A DNA stretch of 64,000 bases from Bacillales bacterium (GCA_016288795.1 JAEELI010000002.1:25153-89152), one strand, 5' to 3'. Shown: positions 30,665 through 42,040, counted from the stretch's first letter. Program-made: numbers and translations. The notes: generated by a model from the letters alone, not told the origin.

Positions 30665-32218
30665 TTATTTTGCTTCTTCTTGTGCTCTAGTTTCTCTAAT
30701 GACTGTAATTTTAATTGTTCCAGGATATTGCATCTCTGATTCAATCTTCTCTTTCATTTCTCTAGCAATCTTATAACTATTTGAATCATCAATTTCATCA
30801 GGTTTAACCATTACTCTAATTTCTCTTCCAGCTTGCATTGCATATGCTTTTTCAACGCCTTCAAATGATTGTCCGATTTCTTCTAGTTGTTCTAAACGTT
30901 TAATATAATTTTCTAATGAATCATTTCTAGCTCCAGGTCTTGCTGCAGATAGTGTATCAGCGACTGAAACTAAAACCGCAATTACAGATTTAGCTTCTTT
31001 GTCACCATGATGAGAAACAATTCCATCAACTACTACTTCAGATTCATGATATTTTTTAGCAATTTGTTCACCAATTTCAACATGGCTTCCTTCAACTTCA
31101 AAATCTATTGATTTACCAATATCATGTAATAATCCAGCTCTTTTTGCCAAAGTAACATTCTCGCCTAATTCTGAAGCCATTAATCCACAAAGGTTAGCAA
31201 CCTCGATTGAATGCTTCAAAGCATTTTGACCATAACTAGTTCTAAAATTTAATTTACCAACTAGATTTATTAATTCTGGATCCATTTTCGTAATACCTAA
31301 ATCAGTAATTGCATTATTACCAATTTCGGTAATCTTATTCATAACATCCTTACATGTTTTATCATATACTTCTTCAATTCTACTTGGATGAATTCTTCCA
31401 TCCTTAATTAAAGTTTCTATAGTTATTTTTGCTATTTCTCTTCTTAGTGGATCAAAAGAAGATAACACGATAGTTTCTGGAGTATCATCAATTATTAAAT
31501 CTACTCCTGTAACACTTTCAAATGTTCTAATATTTCTTCCTTCTCTTCCAATTAATCTACCCTTTATTTCATCATTAGGTAAATCTATTGTTGAAACAGT
31601 TTGGGTTCCAACTACGTCATCAGCATATCTTTCCATGCTGCTTACTATTAATTGCTTTGCTTTATCATTAGCAACTAATTTAGCTTTTGCTTCTTCATCT
31701 CGGATATATTCTGCTATTTCTAAAGACATTTCTGATTCAATTTTAGCCATAATTAAATCATGTGCTTTTTCTTTGCTTAATCCCGAAATTTTTTCTAGTT
31801 CTTGAACTTCTTCTTTAAGAAGTTTATCCATCTTTTCTTCTTTTTCTTGTAAGCTTGCTTGCTTAACTAACAAATTATTTTCTTTTTCTTCTAAAGCCAT
31901 GTCACGCTTTTGTAACATTTCTTCTCTTTTATCTAAGTTATTTTCACGAGACATAAGTCTGTCTTCGTTTTCTTTAATTTCTTTTTTCTTTTCTTTTATT
32001 TCTTCATTAGTTTGTTGTTTTAGTTTGTAAGATTCTTCCTTTAATTCAAGTAAAGTATCTCTTTTATGTTTATCAGCTTCTTTTTTAGCATTTTCCAATA
32101 ATTTATTAGCATTATTTTGAGCATTAACGCCTTTTAATTTATTTACTACAAAGACAATTACTGCTCCAATTATAATTCCAAGAAATAGAATCAAGATGGT
32201 TACGGCTACATTATCCAT
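30665..32218 (-). CDS. rny: Ribonuclease Y
   Basis: TM, coiled coil, KH (KGRLIGREGRNIR), HD domain (LLHDIGK). Confidence 0.97.
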   Translation of the reverse strand: MDNVAVTILILFLGIIIGAVIVFVVNKLKGVNAQNNANKLLENAKKEADKHKRDTLLELKEESYKLKQQTNEEIKEKKKEIKENEDRLMSRENNLDKREEMLQKRDMALEEKENNLLVKQASLQEKEEKMDKLLKEEVQELEKISGLSKEKAHDLIMAKIESEMSLEIAEYIRDEEAKAKLVANDKAKQLIVSSMERYADDVVGTQTVSTIDLPNDEIKGRLIGREGRNIRTFESVTGVDLIIDDTPETIVLSSFDPLRREIAKITIETLIKDGRIHPSRIEEVYDKTCKDVMNKITEIGNNAITDLGITKMDPELINLVGKLNFRTSYGQNALKHSIEVANLCGLMASELGENVTLAKRAGLLHDIGKSIDFEVEGSHVEIGEQIAKKYHESEVVVDGIVSHHGDKEAKSVIAVLVSVADTLSAARPGARNDSLENYIKRLEQLEEIGQSFEGVEKAYAMQAGREIRVMVKPDEIDDSNSYKIAREMKEKIESEMQYPGTIKITVIRETRAQEEAK

Positions 32219-32439
32219 CTTTCTCTCTCCATTTCTAATTTTTTATAGATTACAATTAATATAATTATCTATAACTTCATTATATATGCTATTATAACTT
32301 TTATCAAGTTTAATTTTCTCGATTTGACCATTTGTTGAACACAAAAATCGTTATAAAAATCATTTTATAACGATTAGCAATTATTTTATTGTGTTAGTTT
32401 AATGATATTCACAGCAAAAATAATAGTTCAAAAATTAAA

Positions 32440-33453
32440 CTAAACTGAGGCATAAGAACATTCGCTGTTTTCACCTATTGCGCAAAGACTATGGCTAGAA
32501 TAAGATCCACAAGATACAGTTCCATATATGTCAGCATTTACACTACACCAGACTGAACTAAAACTTCCACACGTTATAGCATCTTCGTCATACATAGTGC
32601 ACGTAAGGCCTAAAGCTTCCATTTCTGTTTTTGCCACATTTATTTTATTTAAATAAGATGGGTCTAAACAATACTCTGTTCCACTAAATATACCACACAC
32701 TTCATCATAAGAACTGCCAGAATATCCCATTATATAATAATCTAAACCATTATTAGTTGTTAAAGGATCAGAAATTTTAGGGTAAGATTTATTTGCGTCA
32801 TATACATAGTAGACAGGAGTTGCAACGCTGCAGCTAAAACTAGTTGCAGTTATTGTTATTGTTATATCTTTATTTTGTAATACATCTTGATTTAAAGAAT
32901 ACTTATTTACCATTCTAACGGATGCCTCTATATATTTTGGTTTGCTACTTGATACTCCATTTAACGTTCCATTTATTGTTATGGGAAATAAATTAGTAGT
33001 TCTAAAATCATAATCAGTTCCATTTATATTTAATAATATTTGACCATATGATTTACTACCCCATCCTTGGAATGCTGTATACAAATTATTGGTTCCAGTA
33101 GCTGCTACATTTAATGTATATGAACAATTAAATGTTCCTGCCCCACTTACTGTTGTATGTGCAAGTTGAACACTTGTTACATCAGTAGTAGGAACTCCAC
33201 TAGTTGTTCCATAATAAGTAACATCTCCTGTTTTTTTCATCATATCTGAGCCTCGTAAATTTAGTGATAATGAATTATTATCACCAACTAGAGATACACT
33301 TCCTAAGGCGGGTGTAGTTGCACTAATAGTTTTTGAACCAAAGCTATTTGTTGAAGAAACTTGGAAATAAGCATATGAAGCACCCAGAACTAAAATTAGA
33401 AGTACAACAAACACTATTGTCGAATATATTACTAGTTTTTTTCTATTATCCAT
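32440..33453 (-). CDS. SipW-type (TasA-like) secreted protein with Cys-rich C-terminal domain
   Basis: VLGASYAYF signal; NQDVLQNK...FSC end of fibre-like domain; Cys-rich tail. Confidence 0.7.
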   Translation of the reverse strand: MDNRKKLVIYSTIVFVVLLILVLGASYAYFQVSSTNSFGSKTISATTPALGSVSLVGDNNSLSLNLRGSDMMKKTGDVTYYGTTSGVPTTDVTSVQLAHTTVSGAGTFNCSYTLNVAATGTNNLYTAFQGWGSKSYGQILLNINGTDYDFRTTNLFPITINGTLNGVSSSKPKYIEASVRMVNKYSLNQDVLQNKDITITITATSFSCSVATPVYYVYDANKSYPKISDPLTTNNGLDYYIMGYSGSSYDEVCGIFSGTEYCLDPSYLNKINVAKTEMEALGLTCTMYDEDAITCGSFSSVWCSVNADIYGTVSCGSYSSHSLCAIGENSECSYASV

Positions 33454-33570
33454 ATTATTCTCCTACCAATATTGGTATCCATTCTTACATATAAAGTATA
33501 TCATCAAGTCCCATTGGGGTCAATGTGATATTAAAATGAAGCCTCATTAATATAAAAAACAGAAGATTAA

Positions 33571-34599
33571 TTAATCTTCTGTTTTATTCTTTTTAGCTTT
33601 TTCAAATCCATAATGCTCATATATTTTATCTTCTATTTCCATTGCCATTTCTGGATTTCCTCTTAGAACAGCTTTAACATTTTCTTTTCCTTGACCTATT
33701 TTTTCTCCTCTGTATGCATACCAGGCACCACTTTTTTCGATTATTCCTATCTCACTACCAATATCTACAAGTTCTCCTTCATGAGATATTCCTTCGCCAT
33801 ACATAATGTCTACACATGCTGTTTTAAAAGGCGGCGCAACTTTGTTTTTAACAACTTTAATGTTAGTTCTATTTCCTAGAACTTGATCGCCTTGTTTAAT
33901 CTGTTCACCACGACGAATATCTAAACGAACACTAGAATAGAACTTTAATGCTCTTCCCCCTGGAGTAGTTTCTGGATTCCCAAATAGAACTCCAACCTTT
34001 TCTCTTAATTGATTTATAAATATTGCAGTTGTGCTTGTTTTATTAAGTGTTCCAGATAACTTTCTTAATGCTTGAGACATCAATCTTGCTTGCAAGCCAA
34101 CATGACTATCTCCCATTTCTCCATCTATTTCAGCCTGAGGAACTAATGCTGCCACTGAGTCTATAACTATTATATCTATCGCTTCACTTTTAACTAATGC
34201 ATCACATATTTCTAATGCTTGTTCTCCAGTATCTGGTTGAGATAATAGCAGTTCATTAATATCAACGCCTAAACTTCTAGCATAAACTGGATCTAATGCA
34301 TGTTCAGCATCAATAAATGCTGCTCTTCCTCCTGCCTTTTGAGCTGCAGCTATGGCTTGTAAAGCTATAGTTGTCTTCCCTGAAGATTCAGGACCATATA
34401 TTTCAATAATTCTTCCTTTAGGAAATCCCCCAACTCCTAAAGCAACGTCTAGTGCTATTGAGCCACTGCTAGTTACATCTATTTTAATATGTTCTTCAGC
34501 CCCTAATTTCATAATTGCACCAGCACCAAATTGTTTTTCTATGTCTTTTAAAACTTGTTCTAATGCTTTATCTGTATTTTTTTCTTCTTTTGCTTTCAT
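33571..34599 (-). CDS. recA: Recombinase A
   Basis: [37 protein letters not shown]. Confidence 0.99.
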   Translation of the reverse strand: MKAKEEKNTDKALEQVLKDIEKQFGAGAIMKLGAEEHIKIDVTSSGSIALDVALGVGGFPKGRIIEIYGPESSGKTTIALQAIAAAQKAGGRAAFIDAEHALDPVYARSLGVDINELLLSQPDTGEQALEICDALVKSEAIDIIVIDSVAALVPQAEIDGEMGDSHVGLQARLMSQALRKLSGTLNKTSTTAIFINQLREKVGVLFGNPETTPGGRALKFYSSVRLDIRRGEQIKQGDQVLGNRTNIKVVKNKVAPPFKTACVDIMYGEGISHEGELVDIGSEIGIIEKSGAWYAYRGEKIGQGKENVKAVLRGNPEMAMEIEDKIYEHYGFEKAKKNKTED

Positions 34600-34677
34600 T
34601 TTTTTCCTTTCTTATTATTAATACACTTTCTGATAAATTAATTGTATCCTAAAGAAAAAATAATGTCAATACTAAAA

Positions 34678-34691
34678 CGAACAAATGTTTT
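34678..34691. promoter_or_regulatory. LexA/SOS (Cheo) box upstream of recA
   Basis: CGAACAAATGTTTT compared with consensus CGAACRNRYGTTYC, beside a minus-strand TTGACA at 34664-34669. Confidence 0.75.
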
Positions 34692-34700
34692 AAAAAATAA

Positions 34701-35573
34701 CTACTCGCGGTAGTTATTCCCTAATAATTCAATATCATCTGTTAAATACTTTATTCTTTCGATAAGCCTTTTAGCCTTAACTAAATCCTCATTTTCTTTA
34801 GTTAAGCTTAAGTGACGTTCTAATTCGCTTATGTTTAAATTTGATGTAAAGAATGTTGGCATTCCCTTATTCATTCTTGTTTGTAAGATAGTTCCTAATA
34901 TTTCATCTCTACCCCAATCAGTAACTTTTTCAGCCCCAAGGTCATCCAATAAAAGAATATCTACATTTTCTAAATAATATAGCTTATCTCCAACTAAACT
35001 TAGATTTTCTTTTAATCGCCTTAGTAATTCTGGAACATATACTATTTCTGTATTTACTTGATATTTATTCTTTAATTCATTTAATAGTGCTGCTAATAGA
35101 AATGTTTTTCCTGTTCCAAAATTACCATGCAAGTATAATCCTTTATTAGTTGTTATTGGATCATATTTATCATAATATTCCTTTATCCATTTAATAACTT
35201 CTAGTCTATTTTTAGTTGGTTTAATATCTTTAATTCTTGCTTTATCTAATATACTTTCATTAGTTTCTTTAATTTTTTCAAATTCTTTCTTTTGATATTT
35301 GCAAGGAGTATAAGAAAAGGTTAAAAAACTAGTATTATTATCTGGAAAATATACATGCCCTTTCACTTTATTTTTACAACTATATAAACTCTTACAATTT
35401 TTACAATTAGCTAATTCTTCTAAACAATCACTAATTTTAATTGCATTCTTTTTAGCCTCTTTTTCACTAATATGTAGTTTTTTAACCAAGGCTTTAAATT
35501 CATCTTTTTTTAATTCTTCTTCATATGTTTTATTTTGTTCTAAAACATACTCTTTACTACTAGCTACTTTCAT
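34701..35573 (-). CDS. dnaI: Primosomal helicase loader DnaI
   Basis: GLYLHGNFGTGKT, LLDDLGAE, WGRDEIL, TFFTSN; follows dnaB. Confidence 0.92.
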   Translation of the reverse strand: MKVASSKEYVLEQNKTYEEELKKDEFKALVKKLHISEKEAKKNAIKISDCLEELANCKNCKSLYSCKNKVKGHVYFPDNNTSFLTFSYTPCKYQKKEFEKIKETNESILDKARIKDIKPTKNRLEVIKWIKEYYDKYDPITTNKGLYLHGNFGTGKTFLLAALLNELKNKYQVNTEIVYVPELLRRLKENLSLVGDKLYYLENVDILLLDDLGAEKVTDWGRDEILGTILQTRMNKGMPTFFTSNLNISELERHLSLTKENEDLVKAKRLIERIKYLTDDIELLGNNYRE

Positions 35574-36850
35574 TAATTAAACTCCTTCAATAAGTCTTTT
35601 AAATACTTTTCTTCCTCTTCATTTAGATTTTCATCTTGTATTTTCTTTTCAAACCAAATTGGGGTTCCAACTGTTTTCTTCTCTTTAACTTTTGGAGGCA
35701 TCTTTTGTTGCGTTTTCTTATAGTCTTTTTCAGCAAATTCCATAGCGTCTTTAGCAGTTTTAATACCAGCCCTTTTCCAATAAGCTCCAATTTGTTCTAC
35801 ATAATCTTCTACTAAGCGATTATTGTTTTTTATCAAAACATAGTCTAACAAGACATTTACTACTGCGGGAGATAATTCCAAATCAAGAATTAATTTTTCT
35901 AATAGTTTTAAATCTTTGGCAGTAGGTTTAGCACCATGATATTTATGTCTCAAAAAATCATAAGGAGATGTATTTTCAAAAATATTAATAATTCTCCCTT
36001 TACGGGAATTATCTCCCAAGGGATTTTTCAAATAATCAGGTTGAGTTCTATAAACTAAAGTTGGTAATGTTCCTTTTATATATTGATAGTCTTTTCTTGC
36101 TAATATTCTTAAACCATTTTTATCTATATTTCCATACTCATTTAAAACACTTCTAATTAATTCAGTCATCTTTAAAGTATCTATGTTGTATATAAAAGCT
36201 AAATTATTAATAAACTCCCTAGTTTTTTTATTAAATGCTCTTTCATTAATCATATTTTTAGAAATACTAGCCATAATTTCATCAAAATTTATTCTTGAAT
36301 CAACCATTATACTATTGGTAGTCTTATCCCGTAGGTCGTTAGATAATGTCCATTTAGAAGTATCATATACATCATCTAACTTTTTAGTTATTTCATGATA
36401 TTCCTTTAAATCGGCCTTAGGTAGTTTATATTTTGTTTTTAACATTTCATATTCTTTTTCACCAATATTATTATATAAAACTATATTTAAGATTGGATGA
36501 TTAAAGAATTCTTGAGGAGTTAATGGTGAATATAATTCATATACATAATCATTAACGCTTCCCTCTTTTATATAAGTTTTTAATAAACCAAAAGCCTCAA
36601 GAGATTCTCTGGCTAATTTTATTCCCCCAATTCCACTTTTTAAAACTGTCATTAAATGATGATGAATTAAATCATTGCTCATCATAGTTAAAGTATCTAT
36701 ATCATTCCAAAAAGTAAAGTATAGGGATACCGCTAAAGAACCTAGTAAAGGTTCATATAAATTAATTATAATTTGTCTATCGGTATCTGATAGAACACTT
36801 TTATTAATAACAATGTATCTATCTGCCGGCAATAAGTTTCCTGTTTCCAT
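35573..36850 (-). CDS. dnaB: Replication initiation/membrane attachment protein DnaB (Bacillus type)
   Basis: LYEPLLG, LEAFGLLKTY, VVNVLLDY, DnaD-like C-terminal W motif. Confidence 0.88.
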   Translation of the reverse strand: METGNLLPADRYIVINKSVLSDTDRQIIINLYEPLLGSLAVSLYFTFWNDIDTLTMMSNDLIHHHLMTVLKSGIGGIKLARESLEAFGLLKTYIKEGSVNDYVYELYSPLTPQEFFNHPILNIVLYNNIGEKEYEMLKTKYKLPKADLKEYHEITKKLDDVYDTSKWTLSNDLRDKTTNSIMVDSRINFDEIMASISKNMINERAFNKKTREFINNLAFIYNIDTLKMTELIRSVLNEYGNIDKNGLRILARKDYQYIKGTLPTLVYRTQPDYLKNPLGDNSRKGRIINIFENTSPYDFLRHKYHGAKPTAKDLKLLEKLILDLELSPAVVNVLLDYVLIKNNNRLVEDYVEQIGAYWKRAGIKTAKDAMEFAEKDYKKTQQKMPPKVKEKKTVGTPIWFEKKIQDENLNEEEEKYLKDLLKEFN

Positions 36851-36964
36851 ATGCTTCACCTTTCATTTAATTATTATAAATTAAGATTATTTTATACACA
36901 AGATTATTCTCAAAAATGTTGAAAACTTATTGCTTTTGTTGAAAAAAGAAAAGCATATGCTTTT

Positions 36965-38407
36965 CTATTTGTATTGACTTGTTATTCCAAAATAAGACTC
37001 TAAAGTTATCCAATTACCATCATTATATAATTTAGTTGCTAAATCCTCCCCAACATATCTTAAATGCCATGATTCATACTTATAACCTGTTTCATTACTT
37101 TTTCCCTGAGGATATCTAATAATAAATCCATATTTATATGCATTATCATTTAACCATATTGCTGGAGGCGTTCCATCAAATGCACTAGTTATACAAGAGT
37201 ATCCTTTGTGGCAAATGTCCACGGCTAATCCTGTTTGATGCTCAGAATGACCAGGACGTGCTGAATATGTATCTGCTTTTGTTTGGCCATCTCTTTTAAC
37301 ATAACTATTATAAAGGCTCTTTTGGGTTTTATAAGATCTAAAACCACTTCCTATAGACATAGAATCAAATCCAGCTTCCTTAGCAGCAGCAAACAATTCA
37401 TCAACTTTATTTTTAACAGTTGAGTTTAAACCTGGATTATATGAATCTGGTAAAGAATAAGTTTTATTAACAACTAAAACTCCATTTATATAGGTAATAC
37501 CATTTTTAGTCACTGCACTATACCCCTTGGAAGTTGTCCAACTTTTATCTTCATTTTTTGGAGGTTTTATCTCAACTTTCTTGGGCTCTACCACTAAGGT
37601 AAAATCAACTTCCTTAGAATTTCCACTAGAATCCTTTGCTACATATTTCAATTTATAGGTTCCAGCTTTTTTAATATTGTATTTACCATCTATTTTAGCT
37701 TCTATTTTTTCTTTAGAATTATCAGTAACTATAACACCTTTTAATAAGTCAACTTTATCTCCTTCAGTAACAGTTATCTTATCTTTAAACTTTATTTCTG
37801 GTGGATTAGTATCTACAACTTTAACTTTAGCCTCTTTAGTAATATTATTTTTATTTTTATCTTTAAAACTTAAAGTTATTTTATTTTCCCCCAAACTATC
37901 AAAACTTACTTTTTTATTCTTATTTATTTGTTCACAATTGACAACACTTTCCACAAATGATGATAGTGCATATTTTTCATTAATTTCTAACACATTTTCT
38001 TTTTTTAAATTAACTTCAACCTTAGATTGATTAAAATATGCCAAGGAAGAAGTTGATATTATTCCTAAAGCCGATAAAATAATAATTATCATTCTTAAAG
38101 GATTTTTTTCTTTTTTTATTTCCTCTATAGTTGTTTCTATATTAATATTCTCTTTTTTAGGCACACTTTTTTTAGCAGTATTTTTCTTTTTAACTGTCTT
38201 AGAACTAGTTTTTGTTTGCGTAGTTTTGCCTTTATTTTTAGAACTAACATTTTTATTAGTTCCGGTTTTCTTCTTTGTTTTAGTAGTGCCTTTACTTGTT
38301 ACCTTTTTAGAACTAGAACTTTTCTTTTTAGGTGACTTGCTATTATTATTTTTAGGTGAACTACTTTTTTTAGTCTTATTTACTTTCTTTTTAACATTTT
38401 CAGCCAT
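36965..38407 (-). CDS. D-alanyl-D-alanine carboxypeptidase (M15B/VanY-like) with Ig-like domains and Lys-rich cytoplasmic N-terminus
   Basis: SGFRSY, SARPGHSEHQTGLAVD, YGFIIRYP, ESWHLRYVG. Confidence 0.9.
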   Translation of the reverse strand: MAENVKKKVNKTKKSSSPKNNNSKSPKKKSSSSKKVTSKGTTKTKKKTGTNKNVSSKNKGKTTQTKTSSKTVKKKNTAKKSVPKKENINIETTIEEIKKEKNPLRMIIIILSALGIISTSSLAYFNQSKVEVNLKKENVLEINEKYALSSFVESVVNCEQINKNKKVSFDSLGENKITLSFKDKNKNNITKEAKVKVVDTNPPEIKFKDKITVTEGDKVDLLKGVIVTDNSKEKIEAKIDGKYNIKKAGTYKLKYVAKDSSGNSKEVDFTLVVEPKKVEIKPPKNEDKSWTTSKGYSAVTKNGITYINGVLVVNKTYSLPDSYNPGLNSTVKNKVDELFAAAKEAGFDSMSIGSGFRSYKTQKSLYNSYVKRDGQTKADTYSARPGHSEHQTGLAVDICHKGYSCITSAFDGTPPAIWLNDNAYKYGFIIRYPQGKSNETGYKYESWHLRYVGEDLATKLYNDGNWITLESYFGITSQYK

Positions 38408-38450
38408 AATGTCCCTCTAATCAAAATTTAATATAACAAAATAACTATCA

Positions 38451-39515
38451 TTAATCAATATCATTATTCCAAGGATTTTTTGGAGACGGATCAGTCGGAT
38501 CCCAACCGCGAGAGGAACTATCAACATCTATTTTTATTGCTGCAGGTTTTGTTACTCCTTCAGGTAAAGAATCGCTTTCAATTATTTCTATTGTAGTTCC
38601 TGGAGCTATATTTTCATATATCCACTTTGCATCTTTTACTGCCAAACGAACACATCCATGCGATGCCAAATCACCTAGTTTATTATATTCTTTATAGCTA
38701 AGCATGTTCCAATCCCCACCCTTTGCAGGTCTACCATTATAAGGAACTGAATGAAACCAAATAGATTTATAGATTCGAGTCGCATATCTTCCATATGCCC
38801 CACCCGAGAAAGAAATTACTTCTGTTTTAGTGCTAGTAGTAAATACCCCAACTGGAGTGGCATTCCCTGCCGAGACTACAAACACCCTTCTCAACTTTGT
38901 ATATTCTCCATTTTTATCTTTATAATAAATCATTAAAGTATTTTGAGTTTTATTAAGAATGACATAATAGGCATCTGGAGATGGAATTATTTTCTTTTCT
39001 TCAACCACAAGATTAAATTCTTCAGTTGTTTTATTACCACTTGAATCTTCAGCATTTAGTTGCATTTTATATGTTCCAACTTTTTCTATATTGTAATTTC
39101 CAATTAATATTGGTTTTATTGTTTCTTGAGAATTATCTACAACAGTTATGTCTTTTAATATATCTACATTAGAATCTTCCTCAACTATTAGTTCTTTTTT
39201 AAAGTTTATTATTGGATTTTCTTCATCAACAACTTGAACTTTTACTTTTTTATTTTTTAAAACACCAAATCCATTCTTATATTTTATAGTAATTGTTTTT
39301 GTTCCTAAAGAATCAAAGTATATCTCTTCATCTTTATTTATAACACTATCCACAACCATATCACTAACAAATTCTTTAACTTTATGTAAAGTATTAATTC
39401 CAACAGAATTATTTTTAGAAATATTAGCGACAACAACATTAATATTATTGTATAAAAGCATAGAAAGACATGCAATTAACAGAATTATTAATACTAAGCT
39501 AATTACTCTCTTCAT
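38451..39515 (-). CDS. L,D-transpeptidase (YkuD) with Ig-like domains
   Basis: TPVGVF, IWFHS, ASHGCVRL. Confidence 0.9.
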   Translation of the reverse strand: MKRVISLVLIILLIACLSMLLYNNINVVVANISKNNSVGINTLHKVKEFVSDMVVDSVINKDEEIYFDSLGTKTITIKYKNGFGVLKNKKVKVQVVDEENPIINFKKELIVEEDSNVDILKDITVVDNSQETIKPILIGNYNIEKVGTYKMQLNAEDSSGNKTTEEFNLVVEEKKIIPSPDAYYVILNKTQNTLMIYYKDKNGEYTKLRRVFVVSAGNATPVGVFTTSTKTEVISFSGGAYGRYATRIYKSIWFHSVPYNGRPAKGGDWNMLSYKEYNKLGDLASHGCVRLAVKDAKWIYENIAPGTTIEIIESDSLPEGVTKPAAIKIDVDSSSRGWDPTDPSPKNPWNNDID

Positions 39516-39622
39516 ATGCTCACCTACTATACTAATACTATATCATTTAATACGGCAAGTTTACATTCGCAATATAAATGTAATGACAATTTTACAGTTA
39601 ATTAACACACAAAAGACACTGA

Positions 39623-42040
39623 CTAAACAGTGTCTTTTGCAACTATGTTAACAATCTTGTTTGGAACAACTATTGTTTTAACAATTTCTTTGTATTGCAA
39701 ATGTTTTTGAACATTTGCCTCAGCTAAAGCTTTTTTTATTATTTCATCTTTATCTTCATCTTTAGCTATTAATATTTCTCCTCTTAATTTCCCGTTAACT
39801 TGGATACCAATTTTAAATTCTTTATCTATTGTTTTTTCTTCATTATAAACTGGCCAAGCGCTTTCACAAATAGGTTTATAACCTATTTGTTCATTTAATT
39901 CCTCAGTGATATGAGGCGCTATGGGATTAAGTAAAGTTAACAACAAACGATAATCCTCTTTAGTAATAGATTCTTTTTCATCATAACTATTAGCTAAAAT
40001 CATTAAACTTGATATTGCGGTATTATAACCCATATTCATAATATCATTTTCTACTTTTTTAATAGTTTTATTTTGATTAACTTCTAAGTCTTCGCTAAAT
40101 CCTTCTTTATCATTTATTTTATCTTTTAATCTAATTATTTTATCGACAAACCTTTTACATCCTTTTAACGAATCTGTGCTCCATGGAGCTGCCAATTGAT
40201 AATCTCCCATAAATAATTCATAAATACGTAGTGTATCAGCCCCATACTCTTTAACTATATCATCTGGATTTATAACATTGCCTTTACTCTTACTCATTTT
40301 TTGATTATCAGGGCCCAAGACCATTCCATGAGACACTCTTGTCCAAATCATTTCACTATTAGGAACCAAACCTATATTATATAAGAATTGAACCCAGAAT
40401 CTAGCATATAATAAGTGTCTTGCTGTATGTTCCATTCCTCCATTATACCAATCTACTTTGCCCCAATATTTCATAGCGTCCATTGAAGCAAATTCTTTAT
40501 CATTGTTTGGATCCATAAATCTTAAGAAATACCAACTAGATCCTGCCCAGTTTGGCATTGTATCAGTTTCTCTTTTAGCATCTCCACCACACTTAGGGCA
40601 TTTACAATTAACCCATTCCGTTATATTTGCTAACGGACTTTCACCATCTTCAGTAGGCTCATATTCTGCAACATCAGGCAAAAGAAGTGGTAAATCTTTT
40701 TCATCCATTGGAACCCAACCACATTTTGGACAATTAATCATTGGAATTGGCTCTCCCCAAAATCTTTGACGCGAGAATATCCAATCACGCATTTTATAGT
40801 TATTAGTCTTACGAGCAATTCCCTTCTTAACTAAATAATCTGTTATCTTTTCTTTTGCTTCTAAAACAGTTAAACCATTAAAATCACCACTATTGATTAA
40901 GTGCGAATTACTTTCTAAATATTCTCCTTTTTCATAAGCTTTCTCCTTGGTATCTTTACCATCTATAACTTGAATCATTTCAATATTATGTTCAATAGCG
41001 TATTCAAAATCTCTTTGATCATGACTAGGGACAGCCATTACTGCTCCAGTTCCATAATCGCCTAAAACAAAATCTCCCAAAAATATTGGAACTTCTTTGC
41101 CATTAACCGGATTAATTGCTTTAATACCTTTAACTAAGACACCAGTTTTACCTTTATTCAATTCCGTTCTATCCATATTTGACTTAGTTAATGTTTCTTT
41201 AATATAATCTTCAACTTCTTTTTTATTCTCAACTCTAGGCATTAATTCTTGAATTAATTTGCCATCTGGCGCTAAGACAAAGAATGTAATTCCATAGATA
41301 GTTTCAATACAAGTTGTAAATATTGAGAATTTTCCTCCTCCGACTATATCAATATCTACTTCTACGCCTTCGCTTTTACCAATCCAATTAATTTGACCTA
41401 ATTTAACCTTAGGAGCAAAGTTTGTATCATCCAAGCCTTTTAATAAGCTTTCTGAGTAATCACTCATTTTTAACATCCATTGGCTTTTTTTCTTTTGAAC
41501 AACTTTGCTACCACATCTTTCACATACTCCCCCAGCTGCATCTTCATTAGATAAAACACTTTTACATGTAGGACACCAGTTAACAGGAATAGTTTCTTTA
41601 TAAGCCATGCCATGTTTATAAAACTCTAAAAATTGCCATTGAGTCCATTTATAATACTCTGGATCAGTAGTTGAAAACTCTCTGGACCAATCGAATGAAA
41701 AACCTAAAGATTTCATTTGTGCTTTAAATGTTTTAATATTTTCTTTAACAGCTTCTTTAGGATGAATATGATTTTTAATTGCATATTGTTCGGCTGGGGC
41801 ACCAAAAGCATCCCAACCCATTGGATATAAAACATTATATCCTTGTAAGCGCATCATTCTGGCTATTGCATCTTGAGCTGTATATCCTCTGACATGGCCA
41901 ACATGTAATCCTGAACCACTAGGATAAGGAAATTCTACTAAAATATAATAATGTTTCTTTTTATCACCGTTGTTGGCTTTAAAGGTTTCTTTTTCATCCC
42001 AATAATCTTGCCATTTTTTCTCTATAACTTTAAAATTCAT
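39623..42040 (-). CDS. leuS: Leucine-tRNA ligase
   Basis: FPYPSGSGLHVGH, YGTGAVMAVP, KMSKSKGN. Confidence 0.98.
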   Translation of the reverse strand: MNFKVIEKKWQDYWDEKETFKANNGDKKKHYYILVEFPYPSGSGLHVGHVRGYTAQDAIARMMRLQGYNVLYPMGWDAFGAPAEQYAIKNHIHPKEAVKENIKTFKAQMKSLGFSFDWSREFSTTDPEYYKWTQWQFLEFYKHGMAYKETIPVNWCPTCKSVLSNEDAAGGVCERCGSKVVQKKKSQWMLKMSDYSESLLKGLDDTNFAPKVKLGQINWIGKSEGVEVDIDIVGGGKFSIFTTCIETIYGITFFVLAPDGKLIQELMPRVENKKEVEDYIKETLTKSNMDRTELNKGKTGVLVKGIKAINPVNGKEVPIFLGDFVLGDYGTGAVMAVPSHDQRDFEYAIEHNIEMIQVIDGKDTKEKAYEKGEYLESNSHLINSGDFNGLTVLEAKEKITDYLVKKGIARKTNNYKMRDWIFSRQRFWGEPIPMINCPKCGWVPMDEKDLPLLLPDVAEYEPTEDGESPLANITEWVNCKCPKCGGDAKRETDTMPNWAGSSWYFLRFMDPNNDKEFASMDAMKYWGKVDWYNGGMEHTARHLLYARFWVQFLYNIGLVPNSEMIWTRVSHGMVLGPDNQKMSKSKGNVINPDDIVKEYGADTLRIYELFMGDYQLAAPWSTDSLKGCKRFVDKIIRLKDKINDKEGFSEDLEVNQNKTIKKVENDIMNMGYNTAISSLMILANSYDEKESITKEDYRLLLTLLNPIAPHITEELNEQIGYKPICESAWPVYNEEKTIDKEFKIGIQVNGKLRGEILIAKDEDKDEIIKKALAEANVQKHLQYKEIVKTIVVPNKIVNIVAKDTV

